Positions 1-10,389 of a DNA stretch of 64,000 bases are shown here, in pieces. The stretch is from Candidatus Latescibacterota bacterium (lineage in GTDB: Bacteria; Latescibacterota; UBA2968; UBA8231): contig CBDCSU010000006.1 in the NCBI GenBank assembly GCA_965221775.1, positions 1,568,001-1,632,000 on the forward strand. The letters are read 5' to 3'. Positions within the stretch are counted from its first letter, which is position 1. Each line of letters opens with the position of its first letter. The translations under genes and the position numbers were made by a program. The notes beneath the pieces are model-generated. The model was given only the letters and a program-made list of their open reading frames with translations. It was not told the origin of the DNA and ran no database searches.

Positions 1-1500
1 TTCGACGCCGGCGCCACCGGGGGCCTGCCGAGCCGCGGCTACTTCGGCGCCGTCTGCGACGGCCGCTACGTCTACTTCGTGCCGGAGCAGCACGGCGAGC
101 CGGGAAACCCCACCCACGGCGTGGTCCTGCGGCTGGACACGCACGGCGATTTCCGGGACCCGGACAGCTACCGGGCGTACGACGCGGGGCGCACCGGCGG
201 GCTGGAGACCCGCGGCTACTACGGGGGCGTCTTCGATGGCCGTCACGTCTACTTCGTGCCCCGGCAGATCGACCTGAGCCGCTACCACAGCCACCTGCTG
301 CGCTTCGACACGGCCGGCGCCTTCGACGACGGGACGAGCTGGTCGGCCTTCGACATGGGCGAGGCCCACTCGCAGCAGAGCGCCGCCTTCGACGGCCGCT
401 TCATCTACTTCTGCCCGGGGTTCTCGGGGGACCCGCACAAGGAGGACGAGCTCTGCGGCCGGGTCCTGCGCTTCGACACGCAAGGGGAGTTCCGCAGCCG
501 CTCCAGCTATGCGAGCGTGGACATCACGGACTTTCTCGGGCCGCGGGCGGCGTGCTTCGACGGCGGCGCCTTCGACGGCCGCTTCGTCTACTTCGTGCCC
601 CTCGAGAACGGCCTCGCCGTCCGCCACGACACGACCGCGGCCTTCGACGATCCGGCCTCATGGGAGGCCTTCGCCGCGCGGCCCCTCGGCTACCGCATGG
701 CGGTGGGGGCCGTCTTCGACGGCACCTTCCTCTACTACTGCGCCTACGGCCACGGCCGCATCGTGCGCTTCGACACCCGCGGCGACTTCGCCGACCCCGA
801 TGCCTGGTCGGCCCACGACGCCGATCCAACCGGCGGCCTGCGCACCACCGGCTTCGACGGCGGGTTCTTCGACGGGCGGTTCGTCTGTTTCCAGCCCTTC
901 TTCCGGCACGTTGGGCCCGGCAAGCGGGACAACCTGTTCCACTCCATCTACCTGCGCTACGACGTGACCCGCCCCTTCGAGGACCCGTCGAGCTGGCAGG
1001 CGCGCGACGCCTCGGCCACCGACGGCCTCCACAGCGTCGGCTACAACGGCGGCGCCTTCGACGGCCGGTTCTTCTACGCCGCCCCCTGGCAGCAGGGGCG
1101 CAAGCCCGGCCGCCCGCAGGAGTTCGTCACCCACGGCATCGTCCTGCGCTGCGACACCCTCGGCGACAGCGGCGCCTTCAGCCTGCGCTGGTGCGACCAG
1201 GGCCACAACGGCGGCCTCAACGCCGGCGCGCCGGGGCCCAGCTTCCTGGTCAACACCGACCGCGGCTGCCGGCGCGCGTGGGCCCCCCGGCCGCTGCCGG
1301 CGGGGGAGCATCTCCTGGTGGGCACGTACGACGGGGAGGCGGTGCGGTTGTTCGCCGACGGCGAGCTGATCGCCGAGAGGCAGGGGCGGGGACGCCTGGT
1401 GCGGACGGACCTGCCGGTGACGGTGGGGCGGATCCAGGACGGCGCGGGGCGGTTCCGGGGGCGGGTGCTGGAGACGGAGGTGAGGGAGCCGGACCGCTGA
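1..1500 (+). CDS. Repeat (probable beta-propeller) protein with C-terminal LamG/ConA-like domain; 5' end lies outside the window
   Basis: Frame is open from base 1. About 7 repeats of G[AG]xFDGRxxYFxP...RxDT.G.F.D..SW; C-terminus HLLVGTYDGEAVRLFADG...VTVGR...FRGRV is LamG-like. Confidence 0.7.
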   Translation, partial: FDAGATGGLPSRGYFGAVCDGRYVYFVPEQHGEPGNPTHGVVLRLDTHGDFRDPDSYRAYDAGRTGGLETRGYYGGVFDGRHVYFVPRQIDLSRYHSHLLRFDTAGAFDDGTSWSAFDMGEAHSQQSAAFDGRFIYFCPGFSGDPHKEDELCGRVLRFDTQGEFRSRSSYASVDITDFLGPRAACFDGGAFDGRFVYFVPLENGLAVRHDTTAAFDDPASWEAFAARPLGYRMAVGAVFDGTFLYYCAYGHGRIVRFDTRGDFADPDAWSAHDADPTGGLRTTGFDGGFFDGRFVCFQPFFRHVGPGKRDNLFHSIYLRYDVTRPFEDPSSWQARDASATDGLHSVGYNGGAFDGRFFYAAPWQQGRKPGRPQEFVTHGIVLRCDTLGDSGAFSLRWCDQGHNGGLNAGAPGPSFLVNTDRGCRRAWAPRPLPAGEHLLVGTYDGEAVRLFADGELIAERQGRGRLVRTDLPVTVGRIQDGAGRFRGRVLETEVREPDR

Positions 1501-1506
1501 AGGGGG

Positions 1507-2292
1507 TTACCTGATGTGGGGCGCCTCCATCACCTCCCGCTCCTCCTCCGTCATGTCGGCCACGTAGTCCGGATAGACCGCCCGGTGGACGCCGGCGCCG
1601 TACGCCAGGCAGCCGGGGCTGAACTTGTAGAGCAGGGCCCGGCGCTCGTGGGCCGCCGTCCACGGCAGGGTGCCGTGGGTCAGGGTCTCGGTGAAGATCA
1701 CCGCGTCTCCCGCCTGGCCGTTGACCTCCACCACGTGCTCCTGGTGGCGCTCCCAGTCCTTCATGCTCCGCGGGCAGGGCAGGTTGGCCTTGTGGCTGCC
1801 GGGGACCACGGCGACGCCGCCGTCGCCCGGACCCTCGTCGGCGAGGAGGTACTCCACCACCGTGAGGCCGGTGTAGATGCGGTCGGCTTTGAAGAAGTAC
1901 GGCTCCGACATGTCGGCGCGCTCGACGCCGCCGCCGTGCAGGGTGCCGCCCTCGCAGCCGCAGTCCATGGCGATCAGGCCGGGGCCGTGGTCGAGGCGGT
2001 AGCCGCGGCCGAGGATGGCCTCCAGGAAGGGCTTGACGACCGGGTGGACGAGGAGCCGCCGGAAGGGCTCGCACCAGGGCCGCTCCCAGCCCAGCATGCC
2101 GCCCAGGTCCTTTCGGTGGGAGGTGCCGGACAGGGCCTTCGAGCCCCCGGCGAGGGAGCCCTCGCGCTCGTTCAGCGCCTCGCCGTGGTGGTCGATGGCC
2201 GCGTTCATCTCCGCCACCTCGCCGGCGTCGAGGACCTGCCGCAGGACGAGGTAGCCGTTCAGGTCGAAGAGGTATCTCTCGTCGTCGTTCAT
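1507..2292 (-). CDS. Phytanoyl-CoA dioxygenase (PhyH) family protein
   Basis: YLFDLNGYLVL, VVPGSHK, AGDAVIFTETLTHG, RRALL motifs; AGGAG RBS. Confidence 0.88.
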   Translation of the reverse strand: MNDDERYLFDLNGYLVLRQVLDAGEVAEMNAAIDHHGEALNEREGSLAGGSKALSGTSHRKDLGGMLGWERPWCEPFRRLLVHPVVKPFLEAILGRGYRLDHGPGLIAMDCGCEGGTLHGGGVERADMSEPYFFKADRIYTGLTVVEYLLADEGPGDGGVAVVPGSHKANLPCPRSMKDWERHQEHVVEVNGQAGDAVIFTETLTHGTLPWTAAHERRALLYKFSPGCLAYGAGVHRAVYPDYVADMTEEEREVMEAPHIR

Positions 2293-2305
2293 GGGGCTCC
2301 TTCTC

Positions 2306-3775
2306 CTATCTCGTGCTCTTGCCGGCCAGCACGAACCAGATGGTCCGCAGCATGATCTTGAAGTCCAGCATGAGGGACGCGTTCTCGATGTAGTAGAGGT
2401 CGTACTCCAGGCGCTCGGCGGCGATGCGCTCCAGGTCGGTCGAGTCCATGTCGAACTCGTGCTTCGACTGGGCCCAGCCGAGGAGCCCCGGCTTGACGTT
2501 GAAGCGGCGCATGTAGAAGGGGATCCCGGCGCGGAACTGCTCCACGAAGTAGGGGCGCTCGGGCCGCGGTCCCACCAGGCTCATGTCGCCGCGCAGGAAG
2601 TTCAGGCACTGGGGGACCTCGTCCAAGTGCAGGCCCCGCAGCAGGCGGCCCATGCGGGTCACGCGCGGGTCGGCCCCCTTGACCCACACCGGCCCGGTGC
2701 CCTCCTCGGCCTCCTCCACCATGGAGCGGAACTTGTACATGGTGAAGACCCGGCCCTTGCGGCCGACCCGCTCCTGGCGGAACAGGACGGGCCCGCGCGA
2801 GTCGAGCTTGATCGCCGCGGCCACCAGGATCCACACGGGGGCCAGCCCGCCGAGGACGAGGACCGCCACGGCCACGTCGAGAAGCCGCTTGACGGCGCTC
2901 TCCCAGGGCGGCATGAGCTGCGGCCGCAGCTCCATGAGGGGCACGCCGTAGATCTGCTGCGTGCGCACGTGGCCGGTGACGATGTCGTAGAGGTCGGGGG
3001 TGATGCCGAAGGCGACGGGCGCGGCCGTGCCGCCGGCGGCGTCGACGATGCGCAGGACCTCCTCGTGGCTGTTGGAGCGCAGGGCGATGAGGATCGCCTT
3101 CACCCCCTGGCCGCCGATGATGCGCCCCAGGTCCTCGACCTCGCCGAGGACGGGCAGCCCGCCCACCTCCGCCACCACCGCCTCGCCGGGGGCGCGCACG
3201 AAACCGATGACCTCGTAGCCCTGGGCGGGCGACGCGTCGAGGGCCTGCAGCAGGCGGTGGCCGCGCTCGTCGGTGCCGACGATCACGGTGTTGCTGCGGC
3301 CGACGCCGGCGGCCAGCAGCCGCATCTGCAGGGTGCGCAGGCTGATCCGCCCGGTCGCCACCAGCCCGATCAGGACGATCCAGTAGGAGGCCAGCAGGGC
3401 ACGGGTGAAGGTGAAGCCGCCGCGCAGGTCGAAGGTGATGATGAAGAGCAGCACCACGCCGAGGGTGACGACGCGGAAGACGCGCACCGCCTCGTCGAAG
3501 CGGGAGGTCGTCGGGCCCAGGCGGTAGAGCCCGTTGAAGACGAACAGCACCAGCCAGCCCAGGCAGATCAGGGGCAGGGCGTCGTAGAGGTAGAACTCGA
3601 GGGCGAAGGAGAAGGGGGCCTCGCCGGCGGCCGCGGGCTGCTGCTCCCTCCAGGCGCGCTCCACCGAGGAGAGGGTGCCGCCGGCGTGCTTCATCCACAG
3701 CAGGGCCGCCGTCCCCAGGTTGACGGCCAGGAAGTCGGAGACGACCAGGAGGAGGGTGACCCAGAGCTGCGACAA
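2306..3775 (-). CDS. Exopolysaccharide polyprenyl glycosylphosphotransferase (WcaJ/WbaP-like sugar transferase)
   Basis: N-terminal TM helices; KRLLD, IKLDSRGPVLFRQERVG, YKFRSM, LDEVPQ, GDMSLVGPRPER, DLYYIEN. Confidence 0.92.
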   Translation of the reverse strand: MSQLWVTLLLVVSDFLAVNLGTAALLWMKHAGGTLSSVERAWREQQPAAAGEAPFSFALEFYLYDALPLICLGWLVLFVFNGLYRLGPTTSRFDEAVRVFRVVTLGVVLLFIITFDLRGGFTFTRALLASYWIVLIGLVATGRISLRTLQMRLLAAGVGRSNTVIVGTDERGHRLLQALDASPAQGYEVIGFVRAPGEAVVAEVGGLPVLGEVEDLGRIIGGQGVKAILIALRSNSHEEVLRIVDAAGGTAAPVAFGITPDLYDIVTGHVRTQQIYGVPLMELRPQLMPPWESAVKRLLDVAVAVLVLGGLAPVWILVAAAIKLDSRGPVLFRQERVGRKGRVFTMYKFRSMVEEAEEGTGPVWVKGADPRVTRMGRLLRGLHLDEVPQCLNFLRGDMSLVGPRPERPYFVEQFRAGIPFYMRRFNVKPGLLGWAQSKHEFDMDSTDLERIAAERLEYDLYYIENASLMLDFKIMLRTIWFVLAGKSTR

Positions 3776-3779
3776 GAGA

Positions 3780-4934
3780 TCAGTCCGCGTCGGGGCGCGT
3801 CACCGGCTTCCACACGGTGTGGCGCTGCCCCCGCAGGGCGCCGAGGAGCCCGAGGAGGGCGCCGATGTTGATGGCGCAGAAGTAGGCCGGCATGTAGAAC
3901 AGGCCCAGGCGTCCGCAGCCGCGCGGGAACAGGCCGCCGAGCAGGCCCAGCCCGTAGAGGACGATCTGGGCCGCCAGCAGCGTCCGGTAGGGCTCGCCCT
4001 CGGCCGCGGTGACGGCGGCGCCGGAACCCAGCAGGACCATGAGCAGGACCGGCACCAGCCAGCGCACCACCTTGTGGGAGAGGATCTGGAAGGCGAGCAG
4101 GGGATGGGCGAAGGGGTTGAGGGCGCCGGCCTCGCGCCACAGGCCGTAGAGCGACCGGGCGACGATCCGCCGGCGGCGCCTGAGCTCCTCGCCGAAGCCG
4201 CGGCCGCTCTCCTCCACGGCCACCGCCTCCGGGACGTAGATGACGCGGTGCCCGCGGCGGCGCAGGCGCAGGGGCAGGATGAAGTCCGAGATGATCCGCG
4301 GGTCCAACTCCTCGAACAGCTCCCGGCGCAGGGCGTAGATCGAGCCGTTGGCGCCGACCAGGGCGCCGAGGAGGCTCTCGCGCCGCTTGAGGAACTGCTC
4401 GTAGCGCCAGTAGTAGCCCTCGCCCTCGCCGGCGCCGGCGCGGTCGGGGTTGGTGTAGCGCAGCTCGCCGCAGACGCAGCCGACATCATCGGTGAGCCGC
4501 GCCACCAGCTGCAGCAGGGCGTCGGGGGCGTACATGCTGTTGGCGTCGGAGAACACGAGGACCTCGCCGGTGGCGGCGCGCACGCCCGCGTTCTGGGCGG
4601 CGGTCTTGCCGGCGTGCTCCTGCCGCAGAAAGACGTACCCCGGCCGGCCCTCGTACGAACGCGCGATCTCGTCGGTGGCGTCCGTCGAGCCGTCGGAGAC
4701 GACCACCACCTGCAGGCGGTCGGCGGGATAGTCGAGGGCGAAGGTGTTGTCGAGCTTGTCGCCCAGGACCGCCTGCTCGTTGTAGGCGGGGACGATGAGG
4801 CTGATCGACGGCGGCTCGGGCGGCCGGGAGCCCCGCTGCCGGCGGCGGCCCAGGGTCAGCAGCCAGAGCAGCAGGGGGTATCCCAGGTAGGTGTAGAGGA
4901 CCAGTCCCGCCGCGGCCCAGAAGGCGAGAATCAA
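3780..4934 (-). CDS. Glycosyltransferase family 2
   Basis: LIVPAYNE, SDGSTDAT, GKTAAQN, FSDAN, GANGSIYA, RRRRI; TTG start. Confidence 0.9.
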   Translation of the reverse strand: MILAFWAAAGLVLYTYLGYPLLLWLLTLGRRRQRGSRPPEPPSISLIVPAYNEQAVLGDKLDNTFALDYPADRLQVVVVSDGSTDATDEIARSYEGRPGYVFLRQEHAGKTAAQNAGVRAATGEVLVFSDANSMYAPDALLQLVARLTDDVGCVCGELRYTNPDRAGAGEGEGYYWRYEQFLKRRESLLGALVGANGSIYALRRELFEELDPRIISDFILPLRLRRRGHRVIYVPEAVAVEESGRGFGEELRRRRRIVARSLYGLWREAGALNPFAHPLLAFQILSHKVVRWLVPVLLMVLLGSGAAVTAAEGEPYRTLLAAQIVLYGLGLLGGLFPRGCGRLGLFYMPAYFCAINIGALLGLLGALRGQRHTVWKPVTRPDAD

Positions 4935-4960
4935 GGTGGGTCGAATTGAGGGAAGTGGTT

Positions 4961-4994
4961 GTAATTTGACACGATTACGTCAGTTCTTGACAAT
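4961..4994 (+). promoter_or_regulatory. Candidate sigma70 promoter with flanking inverted repeat
   Basis: TTGACA (4966-71), 17 bp, GACAAT (4989-94); GTAAT/ATTAC inverted repeat around the -35, in an AT-rich divergent gap. Confidence 0.4.
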
Positions 4995-5044
4995 ACGCCG
5001 CGACCCCCGGAAACGTCAAGCGGCGAGGCGCCGCGGAGGAGGAC

Positions 5045-5770
5045 ATGGCGAAGCGGAAGGTGCTGATCACGGGCGCGGCGGGGCGCATCGGCCGGGTGCT
5101 GCGCGAGGGCCTGAAGGACCGCTACGACCTGCGCCTGCTCTACAACCGGACGGTGCTGCCGGCCCGCGGCGGCGAGGAGGTCTTCGTCTCCGACATCACC
5201 GACCTCGAGAAGATGGAGGAGGTCGTGGACGGCTGCGACGCCGTGATCCACATGGCCGGCAACCCGGAGGTGGGCGCCTCCTTCCTGGACTGCCACCGCC
5301 AGAACAGCCTCGGCACCTACTGCCTCTACGAGGCCTGCGTGCGCCGCGGCTGCGGCCGCGTCGTCTTCGCCAGCACCAACCACGTGACCGGCATGTACGA
5401 GAAGGAGGGCATCCCCACCCACCCGGACATGCCGGTGCGGCCCGACAGCTTCTACGGCGCCAGCAAGGCCCACGGCGAGGCCCTGGGCCGCTACTACGCC
5501 GACCACTTCGGCCTCGCCGTGATCTGCCTGCGCATCGGCTCCTTCCAGCCGGAGGAGGCCGTCACCGGCCGCAAGAGCGACCGCATCCTGTCGACCTGGC
5601 TGAGCCACCGCGACGCGGTGCAGCTCTGCTGGCGGTCGGTCGAGGCCGACGGCGTGAAGTTCGGGATCTACTACGGCATCTCGGGCAACCAGCGCGCCTA
5701 CTGGGACACGGCCAACGCCCGCGCCGAGCTCGGCTACGCGCCCGAGGACGACGCCGAGCGCCTCGCCTGA
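5045..5770 (+). CDS. NAD-dependent epimerase/dehydratase (uronate dehydrogenase-like SDR)
   Basis: ITGAAGRIG, FASTNH, YGASK, CLRIGS, WLSHRD; GGAGG RBS. Confidence 0.88.
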   Translation: MAKRKVLITGAAGRIGRVLREGLKDRYDLRLLYNRTVLPARGGEEVFVSDITDLEKMEEVVDGCDAVIHMAGNPEVGASFLDCHRQNSLGTYCLYEACVRRGCGRVVFASTNHVTGMYEKEGIPTHPDMPVRPDSFYGASKAHGEALGRYYADHFGLAVICLRIGSFQPEEAVTGRKSDRILSTWLSHRDAVQLCWRSVEADGVKFGIYYGISGNQRAYWDTANARAELGYAPEDDAERLA

Positions 5771-5794
5771 GGGAACCAGCCCCCGCCCGGGGGC

Positions 5795-6583
5795 TCAGTC
5801 CGCGGCCCCCCCGGTCTCCTCGAAGATCCGCACGAAGTCAGCGAAACCGATCCGCCGGTCGATGTTCTGACAGTCGACGGCCAGGGGCGAGGTGCCGCGC
5901 TCGGTGAAGCTCCAGCGCACCGGCCACTCCACGTGCCACAGCCGCAGCGTCCGGTAGTGCCCCGCCAGGATGCGGTCGGTCGCCTCGGTGCGCGAGCCGC
6001 TGGGGTAGGCGAAGTGGACGGGCGCCTGCCCGAGGTGACTCTCCATGAGCGCGTGGGAGGCCCGGACCTCCTCGACGACCCCGGCCTCGCCCTCGGCCTC
6101 GATCTTCTCCGCCATCTTGCAGTGGGTGGCCGTGTGCCCGCCGATCTCCCAGCCGGCGGCCAGCAGCCGCCGCAGGTCGGCCCAGGTCATGAAGGGCTTC
6201 TCCACCACGCCCTCGGTCAGGGTGCGCACGGCGGCGCTCCCGCCCCGGGAGGCGGCCTCGACGCCGTCGGTGATGGGGAAGCAGGTGGCCGTCATGCCCA
6301 GCTCCTGAAGCAGCGGAAAGGCGACCTCGAGGGTGTCCAGCCAGCCGTTGTCGAAGTGCAGGGCCGCGCAACGGGCCGGCAGCTCCGCCGCGCCGGCGAG
6401 CCAGTCCGCGATACTCGACGTGGAGACCACGGTCCAGCCCTCGTCGGCCAGGTAGCGCATCTGGCGCCGGAACTCCGCCTCGCCGAGGATGCCGGCGCCG
6501 TCGGCCGCCGGATCCAGCTCCGGCGCGCCTTCGGGATAGACGTGGTGGTAGACCAGGATGGGGACGCGCACGGGAGCGTTCAT
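5795..6583 (-). CDS. Polysaccharide deacetylase family protein
   Basis: VPILVYHHV, LHFDNG, WEIGGHTATH, FAYPSG; start overlaps the upstream stop (ATGA). Confidence 0.85.
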   Translation of the reverse strand: MNAPVRVPILVYHHVYPEGAPELDPAADGAGILGEAEFRRQMRYLADEGWTVVSTSSIADWLAGAAELPARCAALHFDNGWLDTLEVAFPLLQELGMTATCFPITDGVEAASRGGSAAVRTLTEGVVEKPFMTWADLRRLLAAGWEIGGHTATHCKMAEKIEAEGEAGVVEEVRASHALMESHLGQAPVHFAYPSGSRTEATDRILAGHYRTLRLWHVEWPVRWSFTERGTSPLAVDCQNIDRRIGFADFVRIFEETGGAAD

Positions 6584-7323
6584 CGCGGCGGGGGCTCGTA
6601 GCGGCCGGGCGCGGCGACGACCTCGGCCAGCAGGGCGTCGACATAGGAGTCGATGGCGAAGAGGCGGGAGGGCGAGTCGCCCACCAGCCCCCGGGCCGGC
6701 CGGCCGTGGTCGTCCCACCAGGCCCCCAGACGGGGGCGGTCCAGGCGCGGCTGGGGGGCGTGCGGGTCCGTTCGCCGCAGGTGATCCCAGTAGAGGACCT
6801 CCACGAAGTGGATGTAGGTGGAGGTCTCGTAGTCGACGCCGAGCATGAGCAGCTTTCCTCCCCGCCGGTAGGCGCGGTTCATGGGCGAGTGGGTGCCGTA
6901 GGTCCGCCCCCAGGGCAGCCGGTCCCAGGAGGAGGGCGGACCCTCCTGGCTGAGGTGGCCGGCGACGAAATCCTCGGCGCCGGGGCCCCTGGCCGCCACC
7001 GAGTGCGAGTAGTGGTCGGAGCGGTGGGTGTCCCGCATGCGGCGGAAGTACTCGGTGAGCCACCCCACGGTGGAGGGCGTCGTGGCATGGTCCCAGAGCC
7101 GCGCCCGGTCGTCTCCCCGAATCAGGTGGAAGGAGGGCATGAGCAGGAGGCCCTCGGGGCCGACGGCGGCCTGGAGCGCGTCGACGACGGTGCCCGCCCC
7201 GCCGGCCACGGGGCCCAGGCTCTTGAAGGAGGAGTGGACGAAGAGGGTGTCCCCCTGCTGGACGCCCAGGGCTTCGAGGTGATTCTGCAGTTCGGCTTTG
7301 TCGCGGGCGGGCATGGTGTTCAT
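6580..7323 (-). CDS. AAC(3)-family (Antibiotic_NAT) N-acetyltransferase
   Basis: LGVQQGDTLFVHSSFKSLG, GLLLMPSF, RSDHYSHSVAARG, LMLGV...STYIHFVE. Confidence 0.85.
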   Translation of the reverse strand: MNTMPARDKAELQNHLEALGVQQGDTLFVHSSFKSLGPVAGGAGTVVDALQAAVGPEGLLLMPSFHLIRGDDRARLWDHATTPSTVGWLTEYFRRMRDTHRSDHYSHSVAARGPGAEDFVAGHLSQEGPPSSWDRLPWGRTYGTHSPMNRAYRRGGKLLMLGVDYETSTYIHFVEVLYWDHLRRTDPHAPQPRLDRPRLGAWWDDHGRPARGLVGDSPSRLFAIDSYVDALLAEVVAAPGRYEPPPR

Positions 7324-7563
7324 TAGCAGAGGATCGGCTGATCCTCAGGTAACCTAAGTCCTCGCGGTATTGGCCACCGCACCGCCGAGATCAGAAGTGC
7401 TGTCCATATTTTCGCGGGCGGGATTGCACTGCCCAAACAGGACTATCTCGCCATCATTACCTTCTGGATTGTCGGCAACCTCCACGGATGAGGGCGTAAA
7501 GGTGGTCCACCTGAAATCATGCCGAGAGCAGACGCGCCGGAACCAGGCAGAGGCAAAGCAGCC

Positions 7564-10389
7564 ATGACCATCAGCACAGGACCTGAGCGGCCCTACCCTG
7601 GGGCACGGTGGTGGAAGTTCGATTTCCACACCCATACGCCCGCATCTGCGGACTACGGCAAAGGGGAAGACCAGGATTCCCTGCGGCAGATCACACCGGA
7701 AGACTGGCTGCTCGGCTTCATGCGGTCCGAGGTGGACTGCGTGGCGGTTACGGACCACAACTCCGGCGAGTGGATCGACAAGCTGAAAGAGGCGCTGAAG
7801 GGCCTCCAGGACCACCCCGACTATCGTCCGCTGCACCTATTCCCCGGCGTCGAGATCACCGCCAACGCCGGCATTCACCTGCTCGCCCTCTTCGATAGGG
7901 CGAAGGGATCCGCGGATATCAACGGGCTCCTCGGAACGGTCCGATACAAGGGTGTGCGCGGGCAAGGCGACCGGGCCGCCGATGCGTCGGTCATTGAAGT
8001 AGTGAAGGCCATCGCGGAGAACGGAGCCATCGCGATTCTCGCACACGTAGACGGCCCCTCGGGGGCCTGGGGGTTGCCCGGAAGCAGCCTCGGTCCCCTG
8101 CTCGATTGCTCCGACCTGTTTGCCATGGAGGTGGTCGATCCGGCGTCGGACCGGCCCGAACTCTACCGGCAGCGCAAGCTCGCATGGGCCGAGGTTCTCG
8201 GATCGGACTCTCATCACCCGGCTCCTGCGTCGGGAGAGAGGACCCCCGGCTCGCACTCCACTTGGGTGAAGATGTCCCTGCCCACCTTGGAGGGACTGCG
8301 TCTGGCTCTGCTCGACGGACCCGGCTTCTCCATCCGGCGCAGCGACGATCCTGACCCCTTCGATCCGAACAGGCTGCCCACCCACTACATCGAATCCATC
8401 GAAGTCAGCGATGCCCGCTTCATGGGGCGCGGCGAACCCGCCCGGATCGAATTCAGCCCCTGGCTCAACGCCCTGGTCGGCGGACGCGGAACCGGAAAGT
8501 CCACGGTGGTCCATGCTCTCAGGCTCGCGTCGAGGCGCCATACGGACTTGACCCGTCTCGACCCCCATAGTCCGGTGCGGCGGACCTTCGAGCGTTTCGA
8601 CCGCCTGCCTTCGCAACGGAGTGAGGACGGCGGCCTGCGGGCCTCGACCGCGATCACGTGGACCGTGGTCCGGGACGAAGTGCGGCATCGCGTCCATTGG
8701 CGCCAGGAGGCCAAGGGTGTTGTCGTAGAGGAGGAAGCCGGCGGTGCCTGGCAGGAGTCGCCGGTACAGAGCGTAGACAGCCAACGCTTCCCCTTGCGCA
8801 TCTTCAACCAGGGGCAGATCGCCGAACTGGCCGGCGACAACCAGCAGGCGCTGCTCGGCGTGATCGACGATGCCGCAGATACGAATGGGCCGAAGCGGAA
8901 GCTTGCCGAAGCCGTCAACGCCTTCCGGACGCTGCGGGCGCGGGTGCGGGAACTCGAGACACAGTTGCAGGCCCGGGACGGTCTGGAGGTGGAACGGCAG
9001 GACACCCACCGCAAGCTCAGCCGCTTCGAGGAGGCAGGCCATCAGGCCGTTCTTGCGACCTACCAGCGCCGGCGCAGACAGCGCCGGGAGCTCGAGCGGC
9101 AGTTCGAGACGGCCGAGGAGACCGCCGAGCGAATCGAAGCCCGCGCCGAGGAATTGCTGCCCGAGGATCTGCCGGCAGGGACCTTCGACAACTCACCGGA
9201 GGATGCGGCCGCCGCGGCGATCATTGCTGACCTGGCCTCTTCGGTCGAAGCCGCCCGCCAGGACCTGCCCAGGGCGGCCGGGCGCCTGAGTGAGGCGCTG
9301 GCTGCGCAGCGCCGGGCACTCGCAGACAGCACCTGGACGGCCGCGGCCCGGCAGGCCGAGGACGACTACGACGCGCTCGTTCGCGACCTTCAGGCCGAGG
9401 GCGTTGAAGATCCGAGCGAATACGGCCGCCTGACCCAGGATCGCCAGCGGCTCGACGGGGAGCTGGCCGACCTGGACTCCTTGGCGGAAGAGCGTGACCG
9501 GCTGGCCGCGCAGGCTCGCGAGAGCCTGGATCGGGTCCTCGACTGCCGCCGCGACGTGACGGCCGCACGCTCGGCGTTTCTCGCCCAGGCTCTTGCAGGG
9601 AACCGCTTCGTGCGCATCTCGGTACGGCCATATGGCGACGAGGCTCGCGTCCTCGAGCGCTCCATGCGGGAGGTCCTCAACGTGATCGACAACCGCTTCC
9701 AAAGTGACATCCATACGGACGATGGGGGCCGTCCCAGGGGGAGTGTCGTGGACTTGCTTGCGGACCTTCCAGAGTCCGCCGACGAGCACGGTCGGGAGAT
9801 GGAACAGCGCATCGCGCAATGGAAGGAACGTGTCCAGACGGCCAGCGCGGGAGGCAACGGCCGTTTCGGAGGCGCCTTCAGCAACTACCTCGAGCGTGAG
9901 ACCGAACGCTCACCCGCCCTGCTGGACGGCCTGCTCGCCTGGTTCCCGGAAGACGCCCTGAGAGTGGAGTACAGCCCCCAGGGCGACGGCGCCGGCTTCC
10001 GCCCCATCAGCCAGGCTTCGGCGGGGCAGCGCGCGGCCGCCATGCTCGCCTTCCTGCTGGCCCACGGCGACGAACCCCTGGTCCTGGACCAGCCCGAAGA
10101 CGACCTAGACAACCACCTGATCTACGACCTGGTGGTGCGGCAGATGCGGGAGAACAAGCGCCGCCGACAGATCGTCGTGGTCACCCACAATCCCAATGTC
10201 GTCGTCAACGGCGACGCCGAAATGCTGCACGCCCTCGACTTCTGCAACGGCCAGTGCGTGGTCACGCAACGTGGTTCGTTGCAGGAATCGGCCATGCGCG
10301 AGGAAGTCTGCCGCATCATGGAGGGAGGGCGGGAGGCCTTCGAGCGTCGCTACCGCCGCCTCGGACAGGAGCGGGTCGGTGTTCGATAG
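7564..10389 (+). CDS. PHP-domain + SbcC/ABC-type ATPase fusion (TrlF/Ppl-like defence protein)
   Basis: PHP motifs WWKFDFHTHT, VTDHN, PGVEI, AHVD, GSDSH; Walker A GGRGTGKS; coiled coil; SAGQ, LDQPEDDLDN, VVTH. Confidence 0.88.
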   Translation: MTISTGPERPYPGARWWKFDFHTHTPASADYGKGEDQDSLRQITPEDWLLGFMRSEVDCVAVTDHNSGEWIDKLKEALKGLQDHPDYRPLHLFPGVEITANAGIHLLALFDRAKGSADINGLLGTVRYKGVRGQGDRAADASVIEVVKAIAENGAIAILAHVDGPSGAWGLPGSSLGPLLDCSDLFAMEVVDPASDRPELYRQRKLAWAEVLGSDSHHPAPASGERTPGSHSTWVKMSLPTLEGLRLALLDGPGFSIRRSDDPDPFDPNRLPTHYIESIEVSDARFMGRGEPARIEFSPWLNALVGGRGTGKSTVVHALRLASRRHTDLTRLDPHSPVRRTFERFDRLPSQRSEDGGLRASTAITWTVVRDEVRHRVHWRQEAKGVVVEEEAGGAWQESPVQSVDSQRFPLRIFNQGQIAELAGDNQQALLGVIDDAADTNGPKRKLAEAVNAFRTLRARVRELETQLQARDGLEVERQDTHRKLSRFEEAGHQAVLATYQRRRRQRRELERQFETAEETAERIEARAEELLPEDLPAGTFDNSPEDAAAAAIIADLASSVEAARQDLPRAAGRLSEALAAQRRALADSTWTAAARQAEDDYDALVRDLQAEGVEDPSEYGRLTQDRQRLDGELADLDSLAEERDRLAAQARESLDRVLDCRRDVTAARSAFLAQALAGNRFVRISVRPYGDEARVLERSMREVLNVIDNRFQSDIHTDDGGRPRGSVVDLLADLPESADEHGREMEQRIAQWKERVQTASAGGNGRFGGAFSNYLERETERSPALLDGLLAWFPEDALRVEYSPQGDGAGFRPISQASAGQRAAAMLAFLLAHGDEPLVLDQPEDDLDNHLIYDLVVRQMRENKRRRQIVVVTHNPNVVVNGDAEMLHALDFCNGQCVVTQRGSLQESAMREEVCRIMEGGREAFERRYRRLGQERVGVR

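Noticed and set aside
6580-7323. AAC(3) gene as a true aminoglycoside-resistance determinant
   Set aside because: Only family-level motifs are visible; it is coupled to a deacetylase and has no mobile context.
7329-7560. Hairpin GAGGATC-GGCT-GATCCTC and a lower-GC stretch with an open minus frame before the PHP-ATPase
   Set aside because: No U-tract or recognisable protein motif. It may be a junction remnant, but I cannot support that.
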